This document shows positions 1-11,669 of a stretch of 64,000 nucleotides of DNA, piece after piece (position 1 is the stretch's first letter; each line of letters starts with the position of its first letter). The stretch spans positions 12,651,934 through 12,715,933 of the forward strand of contig OZ316899.1 of the NCBI GenBank assembly GCA_973895155.1, in the 5' to 3' direction. Position numbers and translations under genes: made by a program. This DNA comes from Marsupella aquatica. Lineage: Eukaryota; Plantae; Marchantiophyta. The notes beneath the pieces are model-generated. The model ran no database searches. It was not told the DNA's origin and saw only the letters and a program-made list of their open reading frames with translations.

Positions 1-49
1 AACCAAGCAGGCAGACGAAGAAGTCAGAAGACTTCTCCACCTACATGAA

Positions 50-2185
50 ATGCTCGAAAAGATTCCAGACTCATTTAACGACGCTGCAAATGTCACAAGA
101 TCCCACAACTTAGCAGCTAATGCGCCATCGCGAGTACAAACCTCCTCGACACCGGCCAATGTAACAGCCCCCAGAGCAAAGCGAGGCAGACCACCAGGGA
201 TCAAGGACTCCCAGCCTCGCCAACGTAAAACTCCAGCAGCAAACTTGGGTACACCCGCGCTGGAACCAGCGATCACACTTAACGTGACAGCGATAAATCA
301 AAACGACCCACTGAGTGAAGAAAACGAGGAAATGTCAATCACATACATGCAAACAGGTAACATATATAAACGACTGACAACCCAAATTGATGAACAATTT
401 GCCTATAACGTAATACAGGAAATCACCAACGATATTCCTGATCCGCTCACTATAAACGAGGCAAAGAAACAACCAGATTGGCCAAAGTGGCAAGCAGCAA
501 TACATACCGAGATGGACGCCCTCATCAAGCGACAAGTATTCGGACCATTTAAAATGGCATTACCAGGTACACATTACACCGACTCTCGATTTACATTCTT
601 GAAAAAACGAAATGAGAAAGGCATAGTAGTAAGATATCGAGCCCGGCTAGTAGCCAAAGGCTACACACAAATCCCGGGCAGGGACTACGATTTAACATAC
701 TCACCAGTAATGGACGCTACTACATATCGCTATCTCACAGCACATTCAGTCCACCATAAACTGGTTAATAACCTTATGGACGTGGTAACCGCGTACCTTT
801 ACGGCACACTCGATACTGAGATATACATGACTGCCCCCCCGGAACTGATAGAGAGGGTCAAGCAGCACATTCAGGGGGAGACGTCCCAGAACCTGAATAC
901 AGAGATTAAAAAGGGCATCAGCCAAATAATACCTGATGGGGATACAAAGGCCCTCTTGATGCAAAGTGGAAATACACAGGCAATGCATACCAGAGGAAAG
1001 AAATTAACAACAAAACTTACAGTCCAAGTGTTACGTTCCATCAACGGACTTAAACAGAGCGGCAGAATCTGGTATCAGAAATTCCAGACAGAGATGCTCG
1101 CCCTCGGATTTACAAATAGCGGACTGGCCCCCTGCATCTTCATCAAAAAGCATATGGACGAAGTCCTGATACTAGCACTGTACGTGGACGATGTGAACTT
1201 ATTCGGGACTAAACAGATGATGAAAGACACAATACATACACTGAAAGGAGTCTTCGAGATGAAGGACCTTGGAAGACCCAACCACTGCCTAGGCCTGCAG
1301 ATCGAACACTTAGAAACAGGCATATTCCTTTACCAATCGACATACACGCAGAAGATACTTCATCAATTCAACATGCAGAAATCCTACCCTGTCTCCACCC
1401 CGATGGAACTCAGATCTCTAGACCCGATCAAAGATATGTTTCGGAAGCGCCAAGAAGACGAACCCATACTGGGATCAGAAAAACCGTACCTATCAGCGGT
1501 GGGCGCCCTTATGTATCTAGCGAACCAGACGAGACCTGACATATCGTTCGCCGTCAGTCTCTTAGCGAGACACAGCGCACAGCCCACCATCAGGCATTGG
1601 AACGGCATCAAGAGGATCATGAGATACCTACAAGGGACGATCGACCTTGGACTATTCTTTCCTAAGAATAGCCCCGATACGCTTACCGGTTACACTGATG
1701 CCGGCTACCTGTCGGACCCCCAGGACTCCAAATCACAGACTGGGTACGTGTTCTTACAGGGGACGACAGCAATATCTTGGCGAAGTTCAAAGCAAACGAT
1801 GACCACAACGTCATCCAACCACTCGGAAATCATAGCGTTATACGAGGCGTGCAGAGAAGCTGTATGGCTACGAAGCATTATCAATCATATTAGGTCCAGC
1901 ACCGGTAAACCACAGATAACAGAGCCAACCACAATCTACGAAGACAATAAGGCGTGTATCGACCAGATAACCAACGGAATCCTGAAGACCGAGAGGACCA
2001 AGCATATTGACCCCAAGTATTTCTTCACGCAAGAACAACAAGGGAAAAGTATCAATGTTGCATGGATCAAATCTCAGGACAATCGAGCAGACATGTTTAC
2101 GAAACCACTACCAGCCGGATTGCACAGAGCGCACCTCGAAGGCATAGGCATGAGCAGATTGTCCACGATCAAGCCCACCTCATAA
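50..2185 (+). CDS. copia pol: linker, reverse transcriptase (YVDD) and RNase H; 5'-incomplete
   Basis: RARLVAKGYTQ, MDVVTAYL, GLKQSGRIW, LYVDD, GYTDA, IYEDN, RTKHID and ADMFTKPL motifs in an uninterrupted 711-aa frame. Confidence 0.95.
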   Translation: MLEKIPDSFNDAANVTRSHNLAANAPSRVQTSSTPANVTAPRAKRGRPPGIKDSQPRQRKTPAANLGTPALEPAITLNVTAINQNDPLSEENEEMSITYMQTGNIYKRLTTQIDEQFAYNVIQEITNDIPDPLTINEAKKQPDWPKWQAAIHTEMDALIKRQVFGPFKMALPGTHYTDSRFTFLKKRNEKGIVVRYRARLVAKGYTQIPGRDYDLTYSPVMDATTYRYLTAHSVHHKLVNNLMDVVTAYLYGTLDTEIYMTAPPELIERVKQHIQGETSQNLNTEIKKGISQIIPDGDTKALLMQSGNTQAMHTRGKKLTTKLTVQVLRSINGLKQSGRIWYQKFQTEMLALGFTNSGLAPCIFIKKHMDEVLILALYVDDVNLFGTKQMMKDTIHTLKGVFEMKDLGRPNHCLGLQIEHLETGIFLYQSTYTQKILHQFNMQKSYPVSTPMELRSLDPIKDMFRKRQEDEPILGSEKPYLSAVGALMYLANQTRPDISFAVSLLARHSAQPTIRHWNGIKRIMRYLQGTIDLGLFFPKNSPDTLTGYTDAGYLSDPQDSKSQTGYVFLQGTTAISWRSSKQTMTTTSSNHSEIIALYEACREAVWLRSIINHIRSSTGKPQITEPTTIYEDNKACIDQITNGILKTERTKHIDPKYFFTQEQQGKSINVAWIKSQDNRADMFTKPLPAGLHRAHLEGIGMSRLSTIKPTS

Positions 2186-2680
2186 CACTGAAGCTCGAAA
2201 GGATTACCCAACGACGAAGCTGTCGCCCGATGAAGCCGCCTCCAGATGCCCGACCACCACACTCGGCGAGCGCCACACCACATCCCCGACGTGAAACAAC
2301 GCAAACCAACGCAAAAACGCCCGACTTGGCCTCACTAACCCAAAGCACAACACGAAGCGAAGCGCAATACGCAAAACGACATGAAGAACAACACGAGGCG
2401 CACACCAGGCAACGAGCTGAGGGGGAGACTAGACACCCATTAGGAACATTCACATAACCCCACTTAGCACATACGATTAACACTAACTAAGACATGGCAA
2501 AAAGGCTTAACCAGGACATTAGATATGGGAAACCACCTATATAAGTGATGGTAGCACTCTTTCCTCGAGAAGAAAGCGGCGAGGTTTTAATGAGGCTACA
2601 TCACACAGGTGGACCCCTAAACCGGATTATACCCTAGGTTCAAGAGATGTGGTTACTTTATGCTCCTCCATAAACTAACC

Positions 2681-2689
2681 AAGGGGGAG
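2681..2689 (+). other. polypurine tract of the copia element
   Basis: AAGGGGGAG immediately before the LTR TG. Confidence 0.85.
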
Positions 2690-2886
2690 TGTTGTAAACC
2701 CTAGTTTACCCCTTAACCATAGGGCGAGAACCCTTAACCATAGTATGAGAACTCCTAACCATAGGACCAGTATAAGGGCATTTGCCTACCATGTAACCAA
2801 GGGGATATATATATCCCCTCATCAATAGTAATGGATCTATCTTGTTGGAGTATCTTTGAGCGTTCCTTTAGTTGTCTATTACAACA
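2690..2886 (+). repeat. copia 3' LTR (197 bp)
   Basis: 8-bp terminal inverted repeat TGTTGTAA/TTACAACA. Three ~21-bp tandem units (CCCTTAACCATAG...) at ~2710-2765. Perfect 20-bp TATA-containing palindrome AGGGGATATATATATCCCCT at 2800-2819. Confidence 0.85.
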
Positions 2887-3823
2887 GTTTTTACGTTTTT
2901 ACGCTTTTAAGGGTTTACAGGTTCTTACTTAGCCATTTCCCGGCTTTTCACTTACTGAATCGTTATTTTGACTTTTTGAGGAGTATGAAGAGGCATGTCT
3001 CTTCGACCCTATGACCTCTTACTCTGTAGGTTTTTACTATAAGACCCCTCCACCACTAGTGTAGTTTATGGTTAAGTTATGCATTTCTGCCTCTTCCTTG
3101 TGTTAAACTAGTTGATCATGAATCTATGAGTTCAAGATCAGGTTTAACATTTGGAGAGACTTACCTCCTTATTGTGTTTTTACCTATGATTATAAACACA
3201 GGAAGTAAAATTCCTTTTGTGCAAATCTTTTGAGTTGTAATGACAGATTCCTTGTTGGTGACTCATTGCAATCTCTTGAGTTCTTAAAGTTAACTCATTG
3301 AGTTTAAGCCTTATTGAAATTGATGGATTTTCTTTCATGTTACTTAGTACCATCTAAATGTTGAAGTAGCTACCTTTTAGATCTTGTCTGAGTACCACTT
3401 AGAAAGAAAGGACAAGATGTGTTGACGGCACTTTAAAGGAGTACTCTAGTAAGCATTTTAGACCTAAAAAGCAATATGGATTTGAATCCTTAAGTCTTTT
3501 CATTTTGACTTATGTCTAAGGAGCAACCTTGGTCAATTCCAGACTCCCTTAGCGTACTTTGAGATTATTTTCTCTTGTGTTTTGTTAATCATTTCCTTTT
3601 CATTAATTTATGTTCACATGATGCTGAGTTATCATTGAAAACTACTCACCGTTGTGGAGCGATCTTTAAAATACCTTATTAAAGTAATCAAATTTGATTA
3701 CTATGTGTGGAAAACATCTTTAGTTCTTTATTATTGTTTAAATCTATCAAACCAACCCCATCTTGTTCTTTACGGGAACGAATACCGAGTTTGAAGACCA
3801 TTAAGTGTGTTTTTGGTTCTTCA
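2887..3823. repeat. probable LTR fragment of another retroelement (insertion target of the copia element)
   Basis: Non-coding, T-rich tract ending ...GGTTCTTCA, just before the decayed gypsy coding region. No partner copy in the window. Confidence 0.3.
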
Positions 3824-3830
3824 TAGCAAA

Positions 3831-4493
3831 CTACACCAACTCATCCGAATCAGAACCAGTCAAGCCACTTTCGTAACTCAAGTCCAACGGATGCGCCTGG
3901 ACCAGTGCCTCAACTTCAAACTCACTCAAGTTGGAACTTGGGTCCATTTCATCTCTAGTTTGCGCCTTGCAAACCTTCACTCTCTCCTGTATGTCAACGA
4001 CTCGATAGTCAATCCAATCAAGATCTTGAATCTGCCTCTTCAAGTTGTGATGGATCCCTCGATTGACAACATACTCTTGAACATCCCAATACAAATCTGG
4101 CCACCAATACTCCTTTTGGATCTGCTCACAGACCTTCGCCCTTATTCCTTTCAAACCACCTTTGACCTCAGCATCATAGACTTCCTCCAAAATCCGCTTT
4201 TTCTCATCCTTAGAATCGACAACTCTCCTCGGTACTAGCATGGGGCCCTTAGGTTTCCGCCAAAGGTAGCCCTCTCTAAGAATGAACTTATCAGAATTCA
4301 CTCAAATGTCTTTGAACTCTTCACCATCCTGCTTAAACCGCTTCCCAAAGTCACTCAGGTACTTCCCAATGTCCAGTAGCTCTCCTGAGTAACACTCTTC
4401 CTTGAACACTAGACTCCCCATCTTTTGGTCCGCAATTGGCTCCCCTTTGAACTTTGCACTTAGATCCATCTTAGCATCTTGGTTCTCCCCCAT
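3831..4493 (-). pseudogene. integrase N-terminal (zinc-binding region) remnant
   Basis: KFILREGYLWRK...PRRVV...KKRILEE...YWWPDLYWDVQEYV; His/Cys ligands and catalytic core are absent. Confidence 0.6.
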
Positions 4494-4598
4494 AGCAATG
4501 CCAACTTCTGTCGCTGTTGGATCTCGCAGCTGCTTTCGGTTCCTCTCATTTCCAAGTAGAACTGCCGGAAACTAAACCACCTCCTTATCATCTTTGCC

Positions 4599-4922
4599 TC
4601 AAACTTTCACCATGAAGGTAGTATCGTCCAGAACCTTTGTCTCCATCCTCCATTCAGTGATGAACGGCATGCCCAGTATCATTGGAAATGACAAGTGCTC
4701 ATGAACAAAAATGTTACAAGCCTGCTTGACATTCCCGAACTTCACCATCACATTTGGACATCCGCCCCAAAGATAGTCCTTCATTGAACTCACTGAGTTC
4801 ACACTCCAAAGCAACTCATTATCCACCGGCCAATTCCCCTTTTGAAACACCTTTGGATCCATCAAGTTGATCTCCGAGCCAGTATCAATGAGCGCCCGCA
4901 CCTTGCCTTCCATTCCTTCCAA
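4599..4922 (-). pseudogene. retroviral-type aspartic protease
   Basis: ALIDTGSEINLM ... ILGMPF. Confidence 0.85.
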
Positions 4923-5095
4923 CTGGCACTCGCTCTCCGGACTTGCTCGAGCCCAATATCCATCTTGCTAAGCATAACCGTTTCCTTTCATTGAGCCCAT
5001 GACATGAATGGTTCTTGATTGCGCGGTAATGCCTTCTCGCTCTTTCCCTTCAGCCGGGACCCTGTTTGCCATAGACTTAGCTTCGCTTTTGGTTC

Positions 5096-5180
5096 CCATG
5101 AGCTCCTCTTCCGCATCAAAGAACTCATCGTCCAAGTCCATGAGCTCCTCTTCCGCATCGAAGAACTCATTGTCCATCAG
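5096..5180. repeat. 42-bp tandem duplication (encodes EFFDAEEELM twice on the minus strand)
   Basis: CCATGAGCTCCTCTTCCGCATC..AGAACTCAT occurs twice, 42 bp apart. Confidence 0.8.
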
Positions 5181-5612
5181 CTCCCCTCCAAGGGACTTGA
5201 TCCTCTTTGGCATCCCCAAGCCTGACTCTTCGGGGCCAGCAAACTTGCTTCCTGAACCCATGGACACCCCAGCAGTGTCAGTTTGGAAACTCCCTATTTC
5301 CATCTCGCCAGCCTCCCCCATCAACATGTGAGGGCCCTCTTTGTAAATCCGTTTCCTCTTGGATCTCTCCAAGATTGCCTCATGGATCTCCCGCCTCATG
5401 CTGCCAAAGAACTCGGCATTGGTAAACACTTGAGCCTATTGGTTCCAGAACTTCTCAGCTACAACCTCTGGGTACATAGCCTAGTCAACATCCTTGCCAA
5501 GCACCCAACCCGGATCCTTCATGATCGGTTTCCCTTTCTCCGGTTCTTTCTCAATCATTTCCTCTTCTTCGAACCTAACCCTTCTTTCCTTGTCTCGAGT
5601 ATCCCGCCTCTC

Positions 5613-7011
5613 TCAATCCCCTGATTGAGACGGAGTGTCATCCTCGTCGGTTTTCTTCCTTTTTGACTTGACCAAGGCATCCCAACTAGCCCCAACCTCA
5701 ATTGTTATCGCATTGATCAGTATCAGGTCACTCCATCCGGATCTCTCTCGCACCAGATCCGCCAAGCGCTTGTAAAACTTGTCCATTTCCATCACGGGGC
5801 CATCCAACTCCACATTGTAAACATTTGCTTCCAGGTGCGAAGAGGACGCCTCTTTGACTCGCTTCCCAGCTCACTTCTCAGCCAAAGCCTTCATGCCTCC
5901 CTTGTTGGAGTTGAATTGAATCGGCTCCTCAGTATCGGCAAATGATATCTTTTTCTGACCAAATTCACCGATGAACTTGATCAGCCCTTTATCCGCAGCT
6001 TCCCTCAGGTCCAGGCACTCCCGTTTGTCATGCTCTTTGCTATTGCACCACATGCATGGCCAACTTTGCAACTCTCGCTTCCACTTGAGAGCACTCACAA
6101 CCCTTGGTTTTTGGATTCTCAACCACATGTGCCACCAAGATCTTCAAGTTTTGCATCATTTCCGCGAGATCATCCACCAATGGTTTGATCTCATCCTTCG
6201 CTGGTTCTCGCTTCCCTTTCCTCAATGTTGGTTCCAGCGGCCTTAGGTCGAGAGTGGTAGCCTCCTTTTCCAGCTCTCACTACCGGTGTTGATTGCTCAC
6301 TTTTGACACCGCTTTCTCAACTTGGTTCCAGTTGTCAGACAAGGTAACTCTCGAAGGTTCCAGTAGCTCCATCGCGTTCTCAAGCTCCTCTCGAAGGTCC
6401 TCATCGGCTGCCCTCAAGAAGAGCGTCGAGCGCTGCAACTCGATGATCCCCACATCCCGCTTTGGTAACTGAGACACCCTTCTCTTGAACTCCCTTAGGA
6501 GCTCTTGCGGCCCCTTCAGATTCTTGTTCCTGTCATTCACCCAATCCAAGAAGGTAGCCTGCGTGACCCGATCATCATCCTTCGCTTGGAACTCCTCTTT
6601 CATCTTCTGGTTGAAATCATCCCAGCCCTCAGCTGACTCAACGATAGTCCGCACCGTCAAACTCAACTCCTTCTCAACTAACACCATGAACTCTTTCACC
6701 GCCGTCCCTTTGTCCAACTTGTAGACAACTGCTTTTGTCAAGTAAGACTTAAGGTAGTTTGTCACATTTCTCCCATCGAACTGCCCATTCTCCTTCAGAA
6801 CCTCTTGGAGACACCAAGTAGTTCTATTCGCTTCCCTGTTTGCCCTTTCCGCCTCAAGCTCTTCCTTCCTTATGGTTCTCATCATCGACATGACGATGCT
6901 TGAGATCCGATCGACTTTGTCATAGTCACCCATCTCATCCAATTGCCCCAAGGGATCCCCAATATGGTTGCCAATGTCGCAAGGACTTATAGTTAGGGGC
7001 TCCTCGGGCAA
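5613..7011 (-). pseudogene. gag with CCHC zinc knuckle
   Basis: FDGRNVTNYL gag-like motif; CMWCNSKEHDKREC knuckle; broken by stops and frameshifts. Confidence 0.75.
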
Positions 7012-7152
7012 ACTGCGCGTTTCTGGCTACGATTGGGACAGGCAACAAGCACTTTTTGAAGCGAACTCTCACTCCTTAATTTTTTTTACTTTTCTCACAA
7101 AGGTTACAATGGGTGCCCTCGAGTAAGCTTGCCCACAAGAGTCTGGTAGCTG

Positions 7153-7171
7153 GCCCTACGGTGGGCCGCTA
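7153..7171 (-). other. degenerate primer-binding site (tRNA-Lys-like)
   Basis: Minus strand reads TAGCGGCCCACCGTAGGGC, against the canonical TGGCGCCCACCGTGGGGC. Confidence 0.45.
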
Positions 7172-7318
7172 CCTCTAACTTGTCGAGTTGAACTCCTTGA
7201 GTGACTATCTACTCAAGATCTGATGGAAAAACTCTCCTCCTTAGCTCACAAAACCAAAATTTGACTAGCTACTCCACTAGTCTAAAACAACTCTCACGGA
7301 ACTCGGGCCTGGACCAAC

Positions 7319-7430
7319 GAGGCTCCAAACTCAAGAAATCCCCGCGTGGATCAACAAGGCTCCAAACTTGAGAAATCCTCGCTCGGATTGACGAGGCTCC
7401 AAACTTGAGAAATCCCCGCCTGGATTGAAA
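7319..7430. repeat. 37-bp tandem repeat x3 in the probable 5' LTR region
   Basis: GGCTCCAAACT..AGAAATCC at 7321, 7358 and 7395. Confidence 0.8.
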
Positions 7431-8785
7431 ACTCCACACCTGGATCCAACACTCGCACAGAACTCCAAAACCGCCGCACAACAGTCGAGTTCCGCAGAAT
7501 GGAGCGGAACTCATAGAAGGAAACTCAACAGATCTCAATAGACAACCGCCAACCTCAATGAGCCAAGGCTCAAGTCTTAAGTAGCATCGGAAACCCAACC
7601 ATCCAGCCTGAGCCAGCTGCCATCAGCGAGGCTCATCCAAACTCCAAGCCTGGTGACTCACCCAAACACCAAACCTGGTGACGACGAGTCATCCAATCAC
7701 CAAACCTCAATCCATCCAACCAAGCAACCCCTCCGAGTCAGCATGCACGCAACCCAACCGGGAGGCCTCGCCCATCATCCCCTATAAAAGCCATTCCTGA
7801 GCCAATTTTTTTTGGCACGACAACGTGAAAGCGCTTCCCACACTCTCCTACAATTCATATATAGAGGCTATCCATCATTCTTGCACTTGGCTCTTATACA
7901 ATCCATGAAGAGACACATACAACACAAATGTAATAGCCTCCCCTCCCCTCCCCTCCGCCCACGCCCCCCACCCCCACCCACCCACCCACCCTGTGCTTCT
8001 TAACACGAAAAAGGAATCAAACTTGAAGTCCAACTCAAGTCTTGATCACATAAGCCTCATAGCAAGAAATCCCTGCAACTATAAATGTCACACCGTGGTG
8101 CTGGAACAAGAGTTTATGTTTAAAAGTAGGTACGCATAACGTGGAAATCGCTCTTCAGTCTCATTACCTAAAGGTCGTGTACAAGAACAATGGCAGATGC
8201 CAATACCAATCAAACTGGAAGATGAAGGATAAACTCTGCAAATCAAACATCTTTGTTGAGAATGTATTCAAGGTCGTTTGGTCATATCAAATCCAACAAA
8301 ATGACATTCATACAAAATTAATCATACCTGGCTGAGGACTATTGCCTAAAGCAGTCCATATCCAAAAGTTCCATCGAGTCAGCTCCGTTCCCGTGTTGGG
8401 AATATGGAGCTCAATGGTACAGTTTTGAGAAATACAATCTTACCTGTTTGACAAAGGTTCAAATCAGTCTAAGTAGTGCAATCTTGCAGACCCCTCAAAT
8501 TTCAAGTCTCATCTTTCCTTCCCATGGACTAAGGAAAGAATATTCATTACGTAAAGGCTCTATTGGGGAAACCTTGCCCGGGTAGAAGAATCTCAGCTCA
8601 GCGTAACAGTTGGAGGAAGCCCTAGAAGCATAGCAGTAGCAGTATCTTCTCCGAGATCAATTCCTCCTGCTGGACTCTTTTACGAATCATCCAAGCTTTG
8701 CCATCAAAACTTGAGAATCAAAACTACAAGTTCTGAGAAGAAAAAGTATGAGAAGATCTTCCATCCAAACCCCAAAGCAACCCAC

Positions 8786-8986
8786 CCTTACTGTGAGCGG
8801 GTGTGGCTTCAGCTGGAGGAGAAGCTGATCAATTACCAAGTGGAGAAAATCAACATGCGGTGCTACGGTGAGAAGCCGGATTGGTACAAGCGCATGGTGC
8901 CCTCAAGGTTGCTCCCAACGGTCATGCTGGACGGCGAGCTGCTCACAGAATCTATGGACATCATGTTGATTCTAGAGCTTAAGTTC
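8786..8986 (+). pseudogene. glutathione S-transferase N-terminal fragment, Cys-type (Iota-class-like)
   Basis: PYCERVWLQLEEK..YQVEKINMRCYGEKPDWY...LLP...DGELLTESMDIM matches the GST thioredoxin-fold domain. The first Cys of CPYC and the C-terminal domain are missing. Confidence 0.8.
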
Positions 8987-9150
8987 TTAAGCTTTCACAA
9001 AATCAACTCCGCAGCACTTTGCTGCATACTAGTGGATAAATTTTCAGTCAAAGCATCCAAAACTGACATCCATAAGTGAATATTGCAGCTTACCAAAACA
9101 TTGAAATTCATCTTCTAAACTTTTCTTCTGGATCACAAGAGAAGACATAC

Positions 9151-10057
9151 TTGGCTGAACTAGAAAGAGGTCCAACTAGAGATGTTGACAAATTTCGAAG
9201 AAAGCAAAGCGAGTTGAGAACCTGTAACTACGGCCACATCAGAGGTTAATAACTAAAGGGATTGAAACATATCAACCACAATAATAGTGCTAACAGATGG
9301 TATCGCCCCGCGAGAACTAAGATGACCAACATAGTAATGAGAAAGCTTTGTTACCAACTTGGAACCAGACCATATTAAGGGCAATGCCACATTATAATCA
9401 TCCGATGAATCAAGTCCCAAGAAAGGCTCACCTCTTGCTCTAAACTCCGTGATAGCTTCTTGTCCATGCCTGCAAGCTTGCCTGAATCAATTAACCAACC
9501 ATAGAAGTTGTAAGAAAGCGCAAGACAAAAACACTCCCTCCAAAGGTTGAGGCAGAATGTTAGAACCTCAAGGGATCAGGTGGAATAGAGCCCACGGTTC
9601 ACTCCCCCTGAAACTACCGTTGATTTGAAAAGAAAACAATGACCAGAATCGATTTAGTGACTACAAGAGTTTAATTGAGGAATGCTTGTCCAGAAACTGC
9701 AACATACAACCCGTGCGCCAAGCTTTGAAGACTGAGAAACCGTAAACTTGCTGAAAAACTGCTACGTGGTCCACGACAAAGGTCCAACCCAGTGTAACAC
9801 TATAAGATCAAGAAAAAGACATAGGCGTGACTGCTGCAGAGGAAGGAGGACTATGCCACAAGACTCAATCATTAGCTGCCTCAGAAGTCATCAAACGCAA
9901 AGGAGTAGAAGACCGTTTAGACCATTACTCTGTAACGGAGTAGTTATCGATCTACACAAACACAAGACCTAGAAGTTGAGACTCACAAGAATAGGCCTCT
10001 AGCGCTCCTTGTATGAGGCAGTCGCCGAGGTTGACATTGGACAGGAAAGCGTTTATT
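9151..10057 (-). pseudogene. MAF1: MAF1 (RNA polymerase III repressor) gene fragment, 3 consecutive exons
   Basis: AG/GT-bounded, phase-compatible exons 10057-9987 (INAFLSNVNLGDCLIQGALEAYS), 9481-9432 (CKLAGMDKKLSRSLEQE) and 9221-9151 (VLNSLCFLRNLSTSLVGPLSSSA). The downstream YPDYDFS exon was not found. Confidence 0.85.
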
Positions 10058-11055
10058 CTGCACAAGAAAAGCGACAAAAATCAAATTACAATTCAACGTT
10101 CTTATGATATAAGGTCGACATGATGAAAGACTCTTTCACAAGAACTCTCAAACAATTGGCACATACACACATGTTGAATAAATGCAGTACATAATAGCAT
10201 GTTCAATTTCCATAATTATAATTGAACATTGGGGACCGACTTGGACAGAATTGGGACTAACAACCTCCAAACTTCCATTAATAACAGAATCAAAGTACCA
10301 ATGCCATACAAGACAACGAGGAAAAAAAGGAAACGAAAGGACATACAAATGTGAGAAGAAGCCTACCTTGCAAGCAGGGGGTATAACAGCGGTGACAGGA
10401 AACAGGTAACAGAATTCCTGTTATCAGGTAACTCTTAACTGGTAACAGGAAAGTCTTATGGTAAAAGTGTACTTTTTGGCTAAGTTTGCCAAAAATTAAC
10501 GTCATTTTCCACCACATCATCAAGTTGAATGTCTTCTTAGTGCCAAATGTGACGCGGTCAGATATAAGCCAAGGGTGTGGTCACAGCTGCAAAGAGAGGT
10601 TCCAAACCAAGTGTCCATCTGTTCTACACACAACTAGATTTTGTTGCGTCGGATGCTAACAATACCTCCTCATACGTTTATAACTACGTCCGACGTAACG
10701 GCGATGTCGGAGAAATCTAAGCGCCGATTGCCCCCATTTTAACGTCGCTGGAAACACGTTTAAAATTAACGTCTCTGGATGAGCTGTCCTAAACGTCATT
10801 TTGGTCGTCGTTCAATATTAACGTCGTATTAGAGGACATAATGTGTTTAGGGTATAACAACGTCAATGTTTACGTCGTGGAGGGAGCCGTTAAAGTGGTA
10901 ACGTTGCTCTGTAGGACGTTCCAATTGAATCAAGCCATGTTAGACGTTGAGTACATTGGTGTGGACGACTTGAATGAGGAGTAGTCCATGCTGACTCGAG
11001 TATAGCTTCGGTTTTCTATGGGAGGATTTTGGTTTAAGAGTGCTGAGACCAAAGT

Positions 11056-11669
11056 ATGCTTGCGTTTGTGATTTTTGGAGAATGCACTCTTCCTGAGTAC
11101 AGAGAAATTGCAGCGTGGGATAGACTCAGTATTCAATCATGGTGCGCAAGTTCTTCAAGGATGTGCATTGTTGCTTCCTTCCACTTGGTGAAGAGGACAA
11201 GACTATCCGTGGGTTCTTTTGTCGGGGAGGCGTTATTGAGAAGTTGTGTACCTCAGAAACAGACTACTTGCTGGCCTATACGTGGAAAGAAGTTGTTGAG
11301 CACTTCAATGACTACCATGGATTGATCGAGCACTTTGCAGAGACAGTTCATTTCATTTCTATCCGTTGGGTAGAGTGCTCAATTATGGCCAACAAACAGT
11401 TAGATCCAGGAGACTTCCTGCTACATCCAGGTGATGATCAGATGTTGGATGAGGCGCCCAACCCAGATGATGGGGAGGCATATCCACCTACATTGCCCAA
11501 ATGTGAGCTGTCTCCGACTGAGCTTCACATTGTCTTGTATGATTACAAGGAAAGTTGTGCAGCTGAGGTTGAGGCTGAAAGGCTAAAGGTTGGGGAAGAG
11601 GTCGTCCGGAAGAAATGGAACCAGAGGCAGAGGCGTGATTCTTACAAAAGAAGGAAGGCAGATGATTGA
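11056..11669 (+). CDS. unknown accessory ORF of the CACTA-type element (probably frameshifted near 11139)
   Basis: 176-aa open frame plus an overlapping upstream frame, between two repeat clusters; basic C-terminus; AATAAA at ~11828. Confidence 0.4.

Larger units (their letters stand above)
1..2886 (+). mobile_element. Ty1/copia LTR retrotransposon, Bianca-like lineage, 3' part (5' end outside window)
   Basis: RT-RNaseH ORF, then polypurine tract (PPT) AAGGGGGAG (2681-2689) and LTR TGTTGTAA...TTACAACA. Bianca-type motifs: KRGRP AT-hook-like segment, RSLDPIKDMFRK...PYLSAVGALMYLAN, PTIRHWNGIK. Confidence 0.9.
3831..7171 (-). mobile_element. decayed Ty3/gypsy element (gag, protease, integrase N-terminal remnant; no RT/RNaseH)
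   Basis: Colinear minus-strand frames broken by stops: gag, CCHC knuckle, aspartic protease, YWWP integrase remnant. Degenerate primer-binding site (PBS) upstream. Confidence 0.75.

Noticed and set aside
7319-7430. CRISPR-like array
   Set aside because: Head-to-tail 37-bp units with no unique spacers, in a eukaryotic LTR context with no cas genes.
7935-7992. C-rich tract (G-quadruplex potential on the minus strand)
   Set aside because: Simple low-complexity tract with no supporting context.
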